The notes beneath the pieces were generated by a model. It was not told the origin of the DNA. It did not search any database and was given only the letters and a program-made list of their open reading frames with translations. A stretch of 64,000 bases of DNA, taken from positions 37,226-101,225 of IMG/VR virus record IMGVR_UViG_3300037067_007020; one strand, written 5' to 3'. The stretch is from a virus (Duplodnaviria > Caudoviricetes). Positions 28,564 to 39,196 of the stretch are shown one piece after another (position 1 is the first letter of the stretch; each line of letters opens with the position of its first letter). The position numbers and the translations under genes were made by a program.

Positions 28564-30141
28564 TTAAATCTCCTCTTTGTCTATTTTTATAGAGTTTTGT
28601 TTTTTAGTCATTTTTTGTACTTTGTTTGGTCTTCCACCTTGGTTAATTTTTTCAGAAGTAGTTTCTGCTAAACCATCTTGTGCGGCCTGTTTAAATGTAG
28701 TTCTCACTTGAAACACATCTTGTTCTTTTTCAACTCTTTTTTGTTTCTTTAGTCTTTCAATAATTGTTTCAGGGTCAAAACCAAATTTTTCCAAAATAGA
28801 ATATGCATCGAGTAAACCAAAATTATACATTTGAATAAATTGATTTTTTACATTAGGGTCATCTAAATCAGGTATGTCAAAGGTAATTTTAGGAGAACCT
28901 AGAAGTTTTTTATTTCTTCGTTGAACTTCTCTACATAATTTAGTAAACCAACTAGCAACTTGAAGTTGCATTTCTTTTACGTATTCTTTGAACATTGCCA
29001 GATTTAAAGATTCGTCATTTGTTGAATTGCTTGAACTGTCTGGGTCCGTAATTATGCCAAAAGCGTTTAGAATATTCATTGTTGTCTGAATATATTTGTC
29101 TTGTTTTAAAAGAACCGTTGAGTCTGGTTGTATTATGTTTATTTTATAATAGTAAGGAGTTACAACTGTTTGAGTAATGTTATCAGCAGTAAACATATTT
29201 GCTGCCATTGTTAAGTCACCATTACCATTTTCGTCGTCTGTAAACAATTCTACGTTTTCGTCTCCTACTTGTACATGTATTATTCTTTCTATAATTCCGT
29301 TCAATAAAGACATGTCTGCTTCTATGTATTTATGTCGAAGTGCTATAGAAGGAAATGCTCTCTTCATTATTGGGGTAGGGTAAAGTGTTGTGTTGTTTGC
29401 TGTCCAGTTAAATTTAATTGCTTCTGCATTGTCTCTTTTTATTGCTGGCAATCTTTTAGACAAAAGTTTGGCTTTTTGATCGCCAAAATATCTTATGTCG
29501 TATTTTATATCATCGTCTGATGTTGACAGATTACATTTTTCTGTTTCTTCGTCTATACCTAGCCAAATATCTTCTTGACCAAATGTTTTGCCGGGTATTA
29601 GTCTTATTCCCAAAGAAGGAAGTATTAATATTTTATCAGGAACATCGTACAATTTTCCATCGATTCTTTTTTTAATCCATTGAACTTCTGGAACAGCCAT
29701 TCCTGTAACTAAAAGAGATTGAAATATGTTTCTAAAAACATCTTTCATTCCCATGGGAGTGTTTTGTGCTGTTTCGTTTATAGAATCTGCCCATTCTTTC
29801 CAAAATGATTCTTCGTCATTATATTCGTCTTTAAGATTGAAATTGTAGTTTTGATTAGAAGCACACCTTGTCCGATCAATAAGACCAGCAATAAGTTCAT
29901 CAGAATCGTATATAGTAAGGGATTTTATAACGTCTCCCCAATATCCTTTTTCTGTAAATGGACTAACATCAGCAAAAAGAGTTTCATCATCTTCGGTAAA
30001 CAGATTACCTATTTTGCTCTTATACGCTTCGGATATTTTTTTATCTTTATTGAGGCTTTTGACCATCACGGGAGCCAAAATATGTTTCTTTTGGTCTTTG
30101 TTATGGTTTTCGGATTCAGGAGATTTCTTTGTTTTTTTCAT
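28564..30141 (-). CDS. portal protein
   Basis: 525 aa downstream of terminase; IFQSLLVTGMAV, YPTPIM, C-terminal GGRP. Confidence 0.8.
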   Translation of the reverse strand: MKKTKKSPESENHNKDQKKHILAPVMVKSLNKDKKISEAYKSKIGNLFTEDDETLFADVSPFTEKGYWGDVIKSLTIYDSDELIAGLIDRTRCASNQNYNFNLKDEYNDEESFWKEWADSINETAQNTPMGMKDVFRNIFQSLLVTGMAVPEVQWIKKRIDGKLYDVPDKILILPSLGIRLIPGKTFGQEDIWLGIDEETEKCNLSTSDDDIKYDIRYFGDQKAKLLSKRLPAIKRDNAEAIKFNWTANNTTLYPTPIMKRAFPSIALRHKYIEADMSLLNGIIERIIHVQVGDENVELFTDDENGNGDLTMAANMFTADNITQTVVTPYYYKINIIQPDSTVLLKQDKYIQTTMNILNAFGIITDPDSSSNSTNDESLNLAMFKEYVKEMQLQVASWFTKLCREVQRRNKKLLGSPKITFDIPDLDDPNVKNQFIQMYNFGLLDAYSILEKFGFDPETIIERLKKQKRVEKEQDVFQVRTTFKQAAQDGLAETTSEKINQGGRPNKVQKMTKKQNSIKIDKEEI

Positions 30142-30242
30142 ATTGACAAATTACTCCTTATTATAAACAATGTCTATCTATTATATAGTCTGTGCAAGCG
30201 AAAAAAGAATAAAGTGGTATTATGACACAGTTTTTTAACTTG

Positions 30243-30668
30243 CTAAATGTCTTTTAATTTATCTTTGATGTTGTTTATTCTAAGACTTACTGCTTGACGA
30301 GATATTTTTTCTTTTTGACCTTTTCTTTTGTCATTTTTAGAAAGTATTGTGAAATCCATAATATCTGATATTTCTTCTTCGGTTTTACCTTGTATATAAT
30401 ACAGTTCGGCCAGTTTTTGTTCTTCTTGTGTTAGTTGTTTTAATTTAAACCAAACATATATATTTAAGAGTTTTTTCTCTTCACTATCTACAATTCGGCC
30501 TTTTTCTAGTTGTATTTCGTCAAGAGTTTTGTATTTTAAATCGTCTATTGTTATTTTGTGTAATATTCCATCTTGAGTACACACAAAACCAAGATCAGAT
30601 TCCAATATTGCAGAATTTTCAAAATTTTCTTGTTCAGTTGTTGTCATATTATTGTCCTCTTTATCCAA
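30243..30668 (-). CDS. sigma70 region 4-like helix-turn-helix protein
   Basis: LKQLTQEEQKLAELYYIQGKTEEEIS...ISRQAVSLRINNIKDKLK. Confidence 0.75.
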   Translation of the reverse strand: MDKEDNNMTTTEQENFENSAILESDLGFVCTQDGILHKITIDDLKYKTLDEIQLEKGRIVDSEEKKLLNIYVWFKLKQLTQEEQKLAELYYIQGKTEEEISDIMDFTILSKNDKRKGQKEKISRQAVSLRINNIKDKLKDI

Positions 30669-32268
30669 AATTAGGTCTTTTTTTATTGAAAATTGGAAAT
30701 CTTAGTGCTTGTTTTTTAACTTCTTGTACTAAATTTGCTTTTGCCATATCATATTTTGCCATATAATAGAATCTTATAGAATCGACAGTATCTTCATCTA
30801 CTTTGTTTTCGTACACAAACCCATCTATACGGTTCTTCCTAGGACGCTGAATTTCTGCCTGTAGGCAAGATAATATTCCTTCCATAGGAAATTGTCCTTG
30901 TTCTTTCATTCTCCCTCTGTCTTGGTCAGAAAAATGAATAGTTCCTTCATTAAGTTTTTTGTTAATTTCGTTAGTTGCAAGATTTTTCCAATTTGTTTTA
31001 ATCTGTTCAACTCCTCTGTGAGTAGTAAATTCTCCTACAACAACAGGATTATTTGAAATAAACCCTCTTAAAACAGATTTGTTAAATATTGCTGTTTCTG
31101 GATAATATTGCTGATCAACAATATGATTTAAACTTTCTCCCTTGTTTTGAGCATCATAACCTACTATTATGGGTTTAAAATATGCAAGGACTATATTTAT
31201 AATTCTTTCTATGTTCACTGAATTTCCATATAGTTTAGCACGATAAATACAATGGTCATGTATTTTTTCATCTTTTTCTAGTTTATTACCAAAAACGGTA
31301 ATTGCAGTAGGATGTTCCATTGTATAACCAACATCTATTCCTATTCCAAAAGAAATATATTCGGAAAAATTTCTAGAAGGAAGATTTAAGGATTTTTCTG
31401 CTTTTGCCAAATTGTCAGTACAAATAAATGTACATGTAAATTCTGGAATTGGTATAAACGAATTTAATATCTGGGTAACTCTAAATGCCGTTGTTGTTGG
31501 GTCGCCCCATTTTCCAAGTACGAGATTTATGTATGATGGTGCTGTTTTGCTTCCATGTAATTCTAGGGTTGCTTTTTCTTTTTTTTCGTCCCAATCTATA
31601 GATTCTTCTGAGGAATAGTTATAATATGTTATGTCTGGTTTGTTTACGGCATACCATAGAGCTGACGTTCTATCATCGTTTGGTACTCCTGCATAAACAA
31701 GTTGGCCTCCTGCTTTTTGAGTAGGAGCAAGTTCTTTCAAGGATATTGTTGGAATTAATTGAGCTTCATCTACTATAATTTTAGGACAATGAAGAGAAAT
31801 AAACTGTCTTCCTCCTGATTTGTCTTGACCTAAAATTCTAACTTCTATTAGGTGTTCATTAAAAAATTTAAAAGTTCTATTGTCTTTGTCAAAAGTCTTA
31901 TAAAACATTGATAATATAGGATAGTCTGGATTTTTGAATATATTTTCTATGTTGTTTTGCAATTCTGTTACATGTTTTGTACTTAAAACAACATATCCTG
32001 TCTTTTTTTCGGGTTTTGTTATAACATCAGTCACCAATTCATGTTCTATATATGATGTTTTTCCACAACTTCTTCCGCAACAAATAACTTTTTCGTTTCC
32101 TAAAAATTTTCCTAACGAGTAATCTATTTGCATATTCATGGCTTTATATTGTCTACCATATTCATCATAGTTGTTTTGATGAAAATAATTAAAACTATAC
32201 TTGAAACTTGATAGAAAACTATAGGCGAATCTTGTCATTCGGTTGACATGTATTTTTTTTCTAGCCAT
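30661..32268 (-). CDS. terminase large subunit
   Basis: Walker A CGRSCGKT, Walker B IIVDE, coupling motif YAGVP, RNase H-like GIDVG...DTVDSIR. Confidence 0.9.
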   Translation of the reverse strand: MARKKIHVNRMTRFAYSFLSSFKYSFNYFHQNNYDEYGRQYKAMNMQIDYSLGKFLGNEKVICCGRSCGKTSYIEHELVTDVITKPEKKTGYVVLSTKHVTELQNNIENIFKNPDYPILSMFYKTFDKDNRTFKFFNEHLIEVRILGQDKSGGRQFISLHCPKIIVDEAQLIPTISLKELAPTQKAGGQLVYAGVPNDDRTSALWYAVNKPDITYYNYSSEESIDWDEKKEKATLELHGSKTAPSYINLVLGKWGDPTTTAFRVTQILNSFIPIPEFTCTFICTDNLAKAEKSLNLPSRNFSEYISFGIGIDVGYTMEHPTAITVFGNKLEKDEKIHDHCIYRAKLYGNSVNIERIINIVLAYFKPIIVGYDAQNKGESLNHIVDQQYYPETAIFNKSVLRGFISNNPVVVGEFTTHRGVEQIKTNWKNLATNEINKKLNEGTIHFSDQDRGRMKEQGQFPMEGILSCLQAEIQRPRKNRIDGFVYENKVDEDTVDSIRFYYMAKYDMAKANLVQEVKKQALRFPIFNKKRPNFG

Positions 32269-32270
32269 TT

Positions 32271-33098
32271 TTACTCCAACGATTTATTTATATCTCTTGA
32301 ATGATATGTTATATACGCTTCCGGTATTTTTCGTATTCTGAGCAAATAATAAAATCTTGTAAGTAAATCTCTACAATCTGGATTTAAAATATTTCCATGT
32401 TCTTGTTTCATTTTTTCTTTTATTTCTTCATATGCCTTTTGTTCTTCAGGAAGATCAATAATCATAGGTTTTCCTTGTTTAATGTCTTCTATGAACTCGT
32501 CTATATATCCAAGAAGTTCTTCCTCAAGAGTTTCAAAGTCACCTTGAAAAATTATTCTTTTTTTACAGTCTTGACAAATTCCTACGCCTTCTCTTTTTCC
32601 TTTGTCCTTTAAATAGTACAATGTTGCTTCTTTCATCCATTCTTTAACTACTTCAACAGCAGATCGTTCTCTTTTTTCCAATTTCTCTCTTGTAATACCA
32701 AGTTCTGTTTGTATGCTTCTTATCTGAATGGCTATGTTTTTTAGGGATTCGTTATATTCTCTTCGACTTCTAGAATCTAATTTTTTAGACATTTCGTCTG
32801 TAATTCTTTTTGTTTCGAGCCTCATTGACAACAGAATTGTTAATAGCGAATTGGGGTCAGGTATTTCAAAATCTATGACTCTGTAGTCATTGTATATTTG
32901 ATCTAGAAATTTCTTTTCGTCTTCTCCTCGTATTTTAATGATAATTCCGCTAGTAACAGAATATTCTTCTGTTTTTATGCTGTCTGTGTCGTTTTCTTCT
33001 TTTTTTGTCAATCCGTCACAAATGTCACAGTTTCCTGTTCCTCTTGCAAAAGATTCTTTTGACATCATTTTTCCACATAGTTGGCATTGATAACCCAT
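32271..33098 (-). CDS. terminase small subunit candidate with Zn-ribbon motifs
   Basis: Directly upstream of TerL; CQLC/CDIC/CQDC; helical ...IQTELGITR segment. Confidence 0.45.
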   Translation of the reverse strand: MGYQCQLCGKMMSKESFARGTGNCDICDGLTKKEENDTDSIKTEEYSVTSGIIIKIRGEDEKKFLDQIYNDYRVIDFEIPDPNSLLTILLSMRLETKRITDEMSKKLDSRSRREYNESLKNIAIQIRSIQTELGITREKLEKRERSAVEVVKEWMKEATLYYLKDKGKREGVGICQDCKKRIIFQGDFETLEEELLGYIDEFIEDIKQGKPMIIDLPEEQKAYEEIKEKMKQEHGNILNPDCRDLLTRFYYLLRIRKIPEAYITYHSRDINKSLE

Positions 33099-33100
33099 AT

Positions 33101-34162
33101 TTAACTCCTTAGTAGAGTTGTGTATAATTTGGCATATTTTTCTGCCATTGTTTTTCCGTTACAGTTTTCTTCTACAAACTTTCTTCCGTTTTTTCCAAAA
33201 AGAGTTCTTTTTTCTTTATCTAATGCAAGTTCGATGGTTTTGTTTGCAAGTTCTTCTATATTTCTTCCTTCTACACAGTATCCGTTAAAATCATTAATAA
33301 CCGTTTCTTTGTTTCCGTGATAATTATACGTAACTACTGGTAATTCTGCACACATGGCTTCAGAAAATACACATCCAAAACTTTCGTTAATCGATGGATT
33401 CATAAGTATGTGCATCATAGAAAGGTATAATCCTCTGTCTCTCTGAACCCCTGTAAATATTATTTTGTCTTTAAGTCCTAATTGACTTACCAATTCTTTA
33501 ATGTCTTTTAGGTAGCCGGGATGAAGATTTTCCTTACTTTCCCCTACTATCATAAACTTAATATTGTCATATTTGTTTGATATTTTTTGTGCGGCAATTA
33601 TAAAATCTGATGTAAGTTTATCTGGGGCTATTCGTGACAATCTTCCTATAACAAGTTCTCTACCTGTTAATCCGTATTTTTTATAAACTTCATCAGGTAC
33701 TTGTATTTTTTTAATTTCATCTATGTCTATTCCGTTTTTTATTAGCAATCTTTTTGGACTAGTTTGCATATCATATACTATCTCTGAAACACAAATAACA
33801 ACATCAATAGAATCTGGAACTATAGTTAATGTTTGAGGAGAATGTATTAATAAACATATTTTTGCTTTTGGACATTTTTCTTTCAAAGGATTAAGTTCTG
33901 CTGGTATATATCCTGCCGTATGAAGCATAATAACATCTGGTTGTAGTTGTTCACAGAAATCTATGTTTGTTTTCAGTGGTTGAATAATTACATTTGTTCC
34001 TACTTTTCTAAGTTCGTCTCCCATTGCATCTTCTGACATAGCAAAACAATATGAAATATGTTCCAATGGAAGATATTTTTCTGAGACTCGAATAATTTCT
34101 TCACAACCACCAACTGTTAATTGATTTACAAAATGTACTATTACCGGAACATTTTTAGTCAT
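33101..34162 (-). CDS. glycosyltransferase family 4 (GT-B)
   Basis: GGCE, IKNGID, LSRIAPDK, PSINESFGCVFSEAM. Confidence 0.92.
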   Translation of the reverse strand: MTKNVPVIVHFVNQLTVGGCEEIIRVSEKYLPLEHISYCFAMSEDAMGDELRKVGTNVIIQPLKTNIDFCEQLQPDVIMLHTAGYIPAELNPLKEKCPKAKICLLIHSPQTLTIVPDSIDVVICVSEIVYDMQTSPKRLLIKNGIDIDEIKKIQVPDEVYKKYGLTGRELVIGRLSRIAPDKLTSDFIIAAQKISNKYDNIKFMIVGESKENLHPGYLKDIKELVSQLGLKDKIIFTGVQRDRGLYLSMMHILMNPSINESFGCVFSEAMCAELPVVTYNYHGNKETVINDFNGYCVEGRNIEELANKTIELALDKEKRTLFGKNGRKFVEENCNGKTMAEKYAKLYTTLLRS

Positions 34163-35558
34163 TGTTTAATCTCCTTTTAAAAATATCTTTTTCTGTTCTT
34201 TCTTTCATTGTTTGATGTAGTTTTACATACATAGGATGTTCTGTATTGAATACTTTGTTTTTATACACTTCTCTGTTCATGTCTGTTTGAACAATTTTTT
34301 TGTCATTGGCTAACGTCTGAGAACCTAAGTGTTTATAATCGAATTGTTGATGGACTACTTGATATCCTGCTAATTTGGTTTGATAGCAATACAATACATC
34401 TTCAAATATTCCAAGACCAAAATCCATGTCATATTCGCCTAATATATTGTCTTTAAATTCTCTAGTAAAAAACAACAAACTGTCTTCTAAAAATGTCATT
34501 CCTAGTGTTTCTAACCTAGATGGGCCAATAAGACCTATTTTAGGATTGTTGTTTACTGTAGATGCGTATTCGTACATAAAAGGAGAATATACCATTGCAT
34601 CATTGTTTAGTAAACATATATATTTTCCTTCTGTTTCAGAATATCCTTTGTTTGTTCCTCCGAGAAATCCTAAATTTTCTTCTGAATTGTATAATATAAT
34701 ATCTAAGAGCCAAGGATTTTCTGCTTTTTTGGTATTTGTCCATGAATTAATATCATGGCCTTTGAACAAAGTATCTTGTAAGGGGGAGTTGTTTACTAAA
34801 TAAATTTTAAAAGGATAATTGGCGTTTTTGATGAATAGTTCTAAACATTCCAGTGTCATTTTATCTTTTCTATAGTTTACACAAACAACATCAACATAAT
34901 CTTTGTTTTGTCTATATATTTCTGCCCATTTCTTTCTGAAAATAAGACGGTTTGTTTCTGTTTGTTTTGTTTTCAATTCTTTGCCAAAGGTTTTTGCCTG
35001 TTCGTGTATAAAATTTAAAGAAACTTGTTGTAATTTCAAAGAAGCGAATAATTGTACTCTTTTGGCCAGATCAACATCTTCCATTACTCCTATTCCAAAT
35101 CTTTCATCTAAATTTCCTAGTTCGTTCAGCAAAGATTTCTTTATCATTAAACAACTTCCTTCAATAAAATCAGTACCTTCTGCAAATAATTTAATAGGAC
35201 CAGTGATTCCTGTGTTTGGAAAAGAATGAAATGTGTTAACAAGCTTGGTTAAAAATGGTTCTTGAACATAAAAATCATTGTTCAATAAAAGTATATATTC
35301 TTCAATACTTGTGTTTATCCCTTGATTAACTGCTTTTACAAAACCAAGGTTTTCTTTGTTGTTTATTGTTTTAACTCTTGTCAGATAAGGAGTAATCCTA
35401 GAATATTCTACAAGTTTTCTGTTTTCGTCGTTTATCTCAGAAGATTCGTTATTAATTAATATAATCTCAAAATTTGCGTCTGCATGCTTGCAGAGACTTT
35501 GTATACATTTTTCAGTTTCTTCTGGTTTTTTCCAATTCACTATAATAACAGAAATCAT
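34155..35558 (-). CDS. tandem two-domain glycosyltransferase family 2 (rhamnosyltransferase-like)
   Basis: Two repeats of SVIIVN...NLGF..N.G....LLNND...ED. Confidence 0.9.
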   Translation of the reverse strand: MISVIIVNWKKPEETEKCIQSLCKHADANFEIILINNESSEINDENRKLVEYSRITPYLTRVKTINNKENLGFVKAVNQGINTSIEEYILLLNNDFYVQEPFLTKLVNTFHSFPNTGITGPIKLFAEGTDFIEGSCLMIKKSLLNELGNLDERFGIGVMEDVDLAKRVQLFASLKLQQVSLNFIHEQAKTFGKELKTKQTETNRLIFRKKWAEIYRQNKDYVDVVCVNYRKDKMTLECLELFIKNANYPFKIYLVNNSPLQDTLFKGHDINSWTNTKKAENPWLLDIILYNSEENLGFLGGTNKGYSETEGKYICLLNNDAMVYSPFMYEYASTVNNNPKIGLIGPSRLETLGMTFLEDSLLFFTREFKDNILGEYDMDFGLGIFEDVLYCYQTKLAGYQVVHQQFDYKHLGSQTLANDKKIVQTDMNREVYKNKVFNTEHPMYVKLHQTMKERTEKDIFKRRLNND

Positions 35559-35567
35559 AATTTCTCC

Positions 35568-36026
35568 TTATTTGCAATATAAATTAAAATTGGTTTCGTT
35601 CAATTCTACATAGGTCCATTCTTTTGGGTTTCCGTATGCTATCCATCTTGATTGGATGTCAAAAGGATTATAGTCTCTAACGTCAACATGAATAAATGGA
35701 TTGCCTTGATTATAATATAGACCAAGACCACTTATAGAAAATCTTTCTGCTAACATATACATGTCTGTCAAAGACATTCCTTCGATTCTAACATCAGCCG
35801 CTTTTCCTAAATAGTGTTGTGATGTTTTACTATGACCATCTTTAGAATATGCTGGACATGTTAGAAATATTCTTCTTTTGCTATATATTCTCATATTTTC
35901 TAATGTTTGTGCTAACATGTATGATATTTTTGTTATGTCTCCCCAGTTATCAGAAGGAGTCATGTACTTCATTCTTTTCCAAATATCATCTGTCATCAGT
36001 GTGTTGTTGTTTAATGTTATTATCAT
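35568..36026 (-). CDS. peptidase M15-family endolysin candidate
   Basis: SQHYLGKAAD and GLGLY...FIHVDVR Zn-ligand motifs. Confidence 0.8.
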   Translation of the reverse strand: MIITLNNNTLMTDDIWKRMKYMTPSDNWGDITKISYMLAQTLENMRIYSKRRIFLTCPAYSKDGHSKTSQHYLGKAADVRIEGMSLTDMYMLAERFSISGLGLYYNQGNPFIHVDVRDYNPFDIQSRWIAYGNPKEWTYVELNETNFNLYCK

Positions 36027-36035
36027 GTTTTTCCT

Positions 36036-36686
36036 TTACTTTATACAAAGATATGCTTCAAAATTAAACATTTTGTAAAAACAATAAATATTGTTAAATC
36101 CTGCTTTTTTTATCATTTCTAAATTTTCTTTTGTTGTAAATGGTTTTAGTTGATGCCTAATGTCATATTCTTTGTCTAAAATTTCTTTCGATTCAAAAGA
36201 TTTTCTTTTAAAATCAAAATAAGAAAGATTTAATATGTATTGTGACATACCATCTATGCCATAAACTTTTTCTGCAACGATAAAAGCACCACCAATATCT
36301 AATGAATTGTATATGTCGTTTATCAATTCTTGTCTTATGTTTTTATTAAGAAATTGTAAGGTAAAAATTGAATATATTATACATGGACTTTTATAATCAT
36401 TGAATCCTTGGTTTAGGTCTTTTTTAACAATTATTGTATTGGCATCATATGTTTTTGGAAGTAAATTGTCTGATATATCTATTCCTATTTTTTTGCCAGT
36501 TGAATGATTTATTTTAGACAACAAATATCCATCTGAACAACCAAGATCATATATGTTATGTTCAACAGTTTTAAAATATTCGGTAATTGATATAATAGCA
36601 TTGCACAAAATATCATATGAAGGAATAGATAATGATATATGATTGCGAAAATTTTCTATTGTATCGAATGAAAATGTTTTGTTCAT
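36036..36686 (-). CDS. CmoA-like SAM-dependent methyltransferase-fold protein
   Basis: F..HI..SIP.Y, YDLGCS.G, FTLQFL, GGAFIVAEK, KKAGF..I..FYK.FNF; start taken at MNKTF. Confidence 0.75.
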   Translation of the reverse strand: MNKTFSFDTIENFRNHISLSIPSYDILCNAIISITEYFKTVEHNIYDLGCSDGYLLSKINHSTGKKIGIDISDNLLPKTYDANTIIVKKDLNQGFNDYKSPCIIYSIFTLQFLNKNIRQELINDIYNSLDIGGAFIVAEKVYGIDGMSQYILNLSYFDFKRKSFESKEILDKEYDIRHQLKPFTTKENLEMIKKAGFNNIYCFYKMFNFEAYLCIK

Positions 36687-36688
36687 AA

Positions 36689-37243
36689 CTAAAACCAATC
36701 CTTTGTTTCGGACACACTCGGCAATTTTAAATCTTTTTCTGATAATGTAAAATCAGAATTGTTAATAAAACCTTCCCAATCAATTGCTAAATCACAATCA
36801 TTGTATATTATACCAGCATTGTTTTCTAGTGAAAAAACATTATCGACTTTATAATTGACAATTGTATTGTCTTCTAATGTTATAAAGCCATGTGCCATAT
36901 AATTAGGAATAAATAATTGTTTGTTGTTTTCTTTTGATAAAAAAATACCCAGATGTTTTAAAAATGTTGGTGAATTTTTTCTAAGATCAACAACTATGTC
37001 CATAATAGAACCAGACAAAACTCTAACTAACTTGGTTTGTTGATATGGTTTTTTCTGATAATGCAATCCTCGTATTGTTCCTTTTTTTAAACTCAACGAT
37101 TGATTTTCTTCGTCTCCTATATCAAAAGAATTGTCATTAAAATCAATTTTCTTGAAAACTGACATAAAATAACCACGAGAATCATAATATATATCTGGTT
37201 CTATTGTTTTAACACCTTCTATTAATAAGTGTGTTGATTTCAT
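36689..37243 (-). CDS. rmlC: dTDP-4-dehydrorhamnose 3,5-epimerase
   Basis: DSRGYF, GTIRGLHYQ, KLVRVLSG.I.DIVVDLRK.SPTF, FIP..AHGF.TL. Confidence 0.95.
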   Translation of the reverse strand: MKSTHLLIEGVKTIEPDIYYDSRGYFMSVFKKIDFNDNSFDIGDEENQSLSLKKGTIRGLHYQKKPYQQTKLVRVLSGSIMDIVVDLRKNSPTFLKHLGIFLSKENNKQLFIPNYMAHGFITLEDNTIVNYKVDNVFSLENNAGIIYNDCDLAIDWEGFINNSDFTLSEKDLKLPSVSETKDWF

Positions 37244-37250
37244 ATCTCTA

Positions 37251-38091
37251 TTATTGTCCTTTCAAAAAATCTTTAAATGCTTCCTGCCAAGTTTTTAAAG
37301 GTATGTATTTCGATTGGGCATTACAATTAAAGGATACTTTTAGATTTGGCTGAAAAATTTTGTTTTCTGTCGGAATAATATTAGAATTGCTGTTTAAAAG
37401 TTTTTTTAATTCTAATGCAGAATCGTATCTAGTAACAATTCCTTTGTTTGTAACATGAAAAATATGTTCGGATTTGATCTTATTTTCTTTAACAAGTTCT
37501 AAAACAATATTTGCTAAATCTTTTGTATATGTATAAGAACCTGAAACATCATAAGAAACTTTAATATCTTGATTCAATATAAGTTTTTTGATTATTTTTC
37601 CGACAAATTTGTGGTCTTGTAAGCTACCGAACATCCAGTTGGGTCTTAGTATGGTATAGTTGTCACAAGAAACTTTTAAATTGTTTTCCATTTGCAATTT
37701 GCTCAAATAATACACTCCGGTTGTATGATAATTTATACACATTTCATCAAAACTTGTATAAATTGTTAAAGAATATACCGCATGTGCTAATTGCAACGTA
37801 ATGGATTTTGTATTTGTTACACAATTCTGCTATTTTAGTTGCTGCATAAGTGTTAATTAAATAACATTCGGATATTTCTTGTTCTGCTTTTTCGACGTTT
37901 GTGTATGCTGCTAAGTTTAATATATAATCTGGACAAACTTGTTTGATAACTTCTTCAACTTTATTAATGTCTAGAATATCTAAGTCTTTATGGGAATATC
38001 TTATAATATCTATTCCTTCGTAGTACATTGGAAAAGAAGAGCCTACCATTCCTCCTGAACCAAAAATAAGTAATTTTTTGTTGTTATCCAT
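37251..38091 (-). pseudogene. rmlD: RmlD-like sugar-nucleotide reductase split by a +1 frameshift (pseudogene, programmed frameshift or sequence error)
   Basis: 5' part from ATG 38091: GSGGMVG, NLAAYTNVEKAE, IST. 3' part in +1 frame: YYLSK, LRPNWMFG, TYTKDLA. Junction AAG TTT TGA. Confidence 0.75.
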
Positions 38092-39196
38092 TTTTCCCCC
38101 AATTGTCATGTATCCAAGAATAATCCCAATTACCAAACCTACCAATAGTTTCTATATTATACTCATTTCTTAAAAATTCTTTAATGTTATAAACAACAGA
38201 TTCTCGTTCTTTGTCAAACAAATTATAACCATATTCTATAATTTGATCATTTAAAACATTTACAGAACCTTTTATCAAATTCATTTTTTTAAGGTCTAAT
38301 AAAAGATGTTCTGTATGTGTAACTTCTCCGTGTTTTTCACATATCTCAACCGACATAGAAGTATGACCATTTGGAGCCATTGTGTTGTTAAAATTATCGT
38401 AAAATGCTATTCTATATGGTAGCACAGATAAATCGTGTGAATATATCCAGTGACAATCAGTAACTTTTTCTGTCATAGAAATATTATAAATATGAATTTT
38501 TGTAGATTTTAATTTTTTTACCATATCTAAAACATATCTGTTTTCTATATTCAATAAATCAACTAATTCTGGTAAAGGTATTGACGAATATTTCACGTTT
38601 TTGTTGTTCAATAATGTCTGTTGGATAAAAAGCTTATGTGCATTTAATACTATAGTCTTGTCTTTGGCTAGTTTTTTGACTATCTCACCAATTCCTCCTG
38701 TTTTTGGATACAAGAAGGTATCTGAATATATTTGTTCGTTTAAACGAGGAAAAAACGATGTCCAAGAGGCATCCATGTCCCATCTATTGTCAATTGTTCT
38801 CCAAAACTTCTCATAATAAGGATAAAAGAACTCATTAAAACCATTTAGGCCATAATTTACTCTAAGATTATTGACAATATTATCGTATTTTGATGTAATA
38901 ATACCAAATTCGTGTGGATATTCTTTTATTTTTGATTTAGTTTCATAAGGATAGTCGTATAATTTTCCTTGATACCATATTTGAGATTTTCTTTTTATTC
39001 TTTGAAGATTAAATTTCTCTATCAAAGGTTGATTCTTTTCAATATCGTGTAAAATATGTATACCAAGATCAAATTTATAGTCACCTTGTTCAATAGTTCT
39101 GCACAAACCGCCTACAAAAGACGATTTTTCGAATATCATGTCTTTTTCCGTTGCTCTTGTCAAGGAAGATATTCCTGCTCCTAAATAAATATCTAT
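38084..39196 (-). CDS. FAD-dependent oxidoreductase (UDP-galactopyranose mutase/protoporphyrinogen oxidase-like), probable ATA start
   Basis: YLGAGISSL dinucleotide motif lies upstream of the track's TTG start; FEK...GGLCRT...FDLGIH, YPKTGG, GRFGNWDY. Confidence 0.8.
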   Translation of the reverse strand: MDIYLGAGISSLTRATEKDMIFEKSSFVGGLCRTIEQGDYKFDLGIHILHDIEKNQPLIEKFNLQRIKRKSQIWYQGKLYDYPYETKSKIKEYPHEFGIITSKYDNIVNNLRVNYGLNGFNEFFYPYYEKFWRTIDNRWDMDASWTSFFPRLNEQIYSDTFLYPKTGGIGEIVKKLAKDKTIVLNAHKLFIQQTLLNNKNVKYSSIPLPELVDLLNIENRYVLDMVKKLKSTKIHIYNISMTEKVTDCHWIYSHDLSVLPYRIAFYDNFNNTMAPNGHTSMSVEICEKHGEVTHTEHLLLDLKKMNLIKGSVNVLNDQIIEYGYNLFDKERESVVYNIKEFLRNEYNIETIGRFGNWDYSWIHDNWGKNG

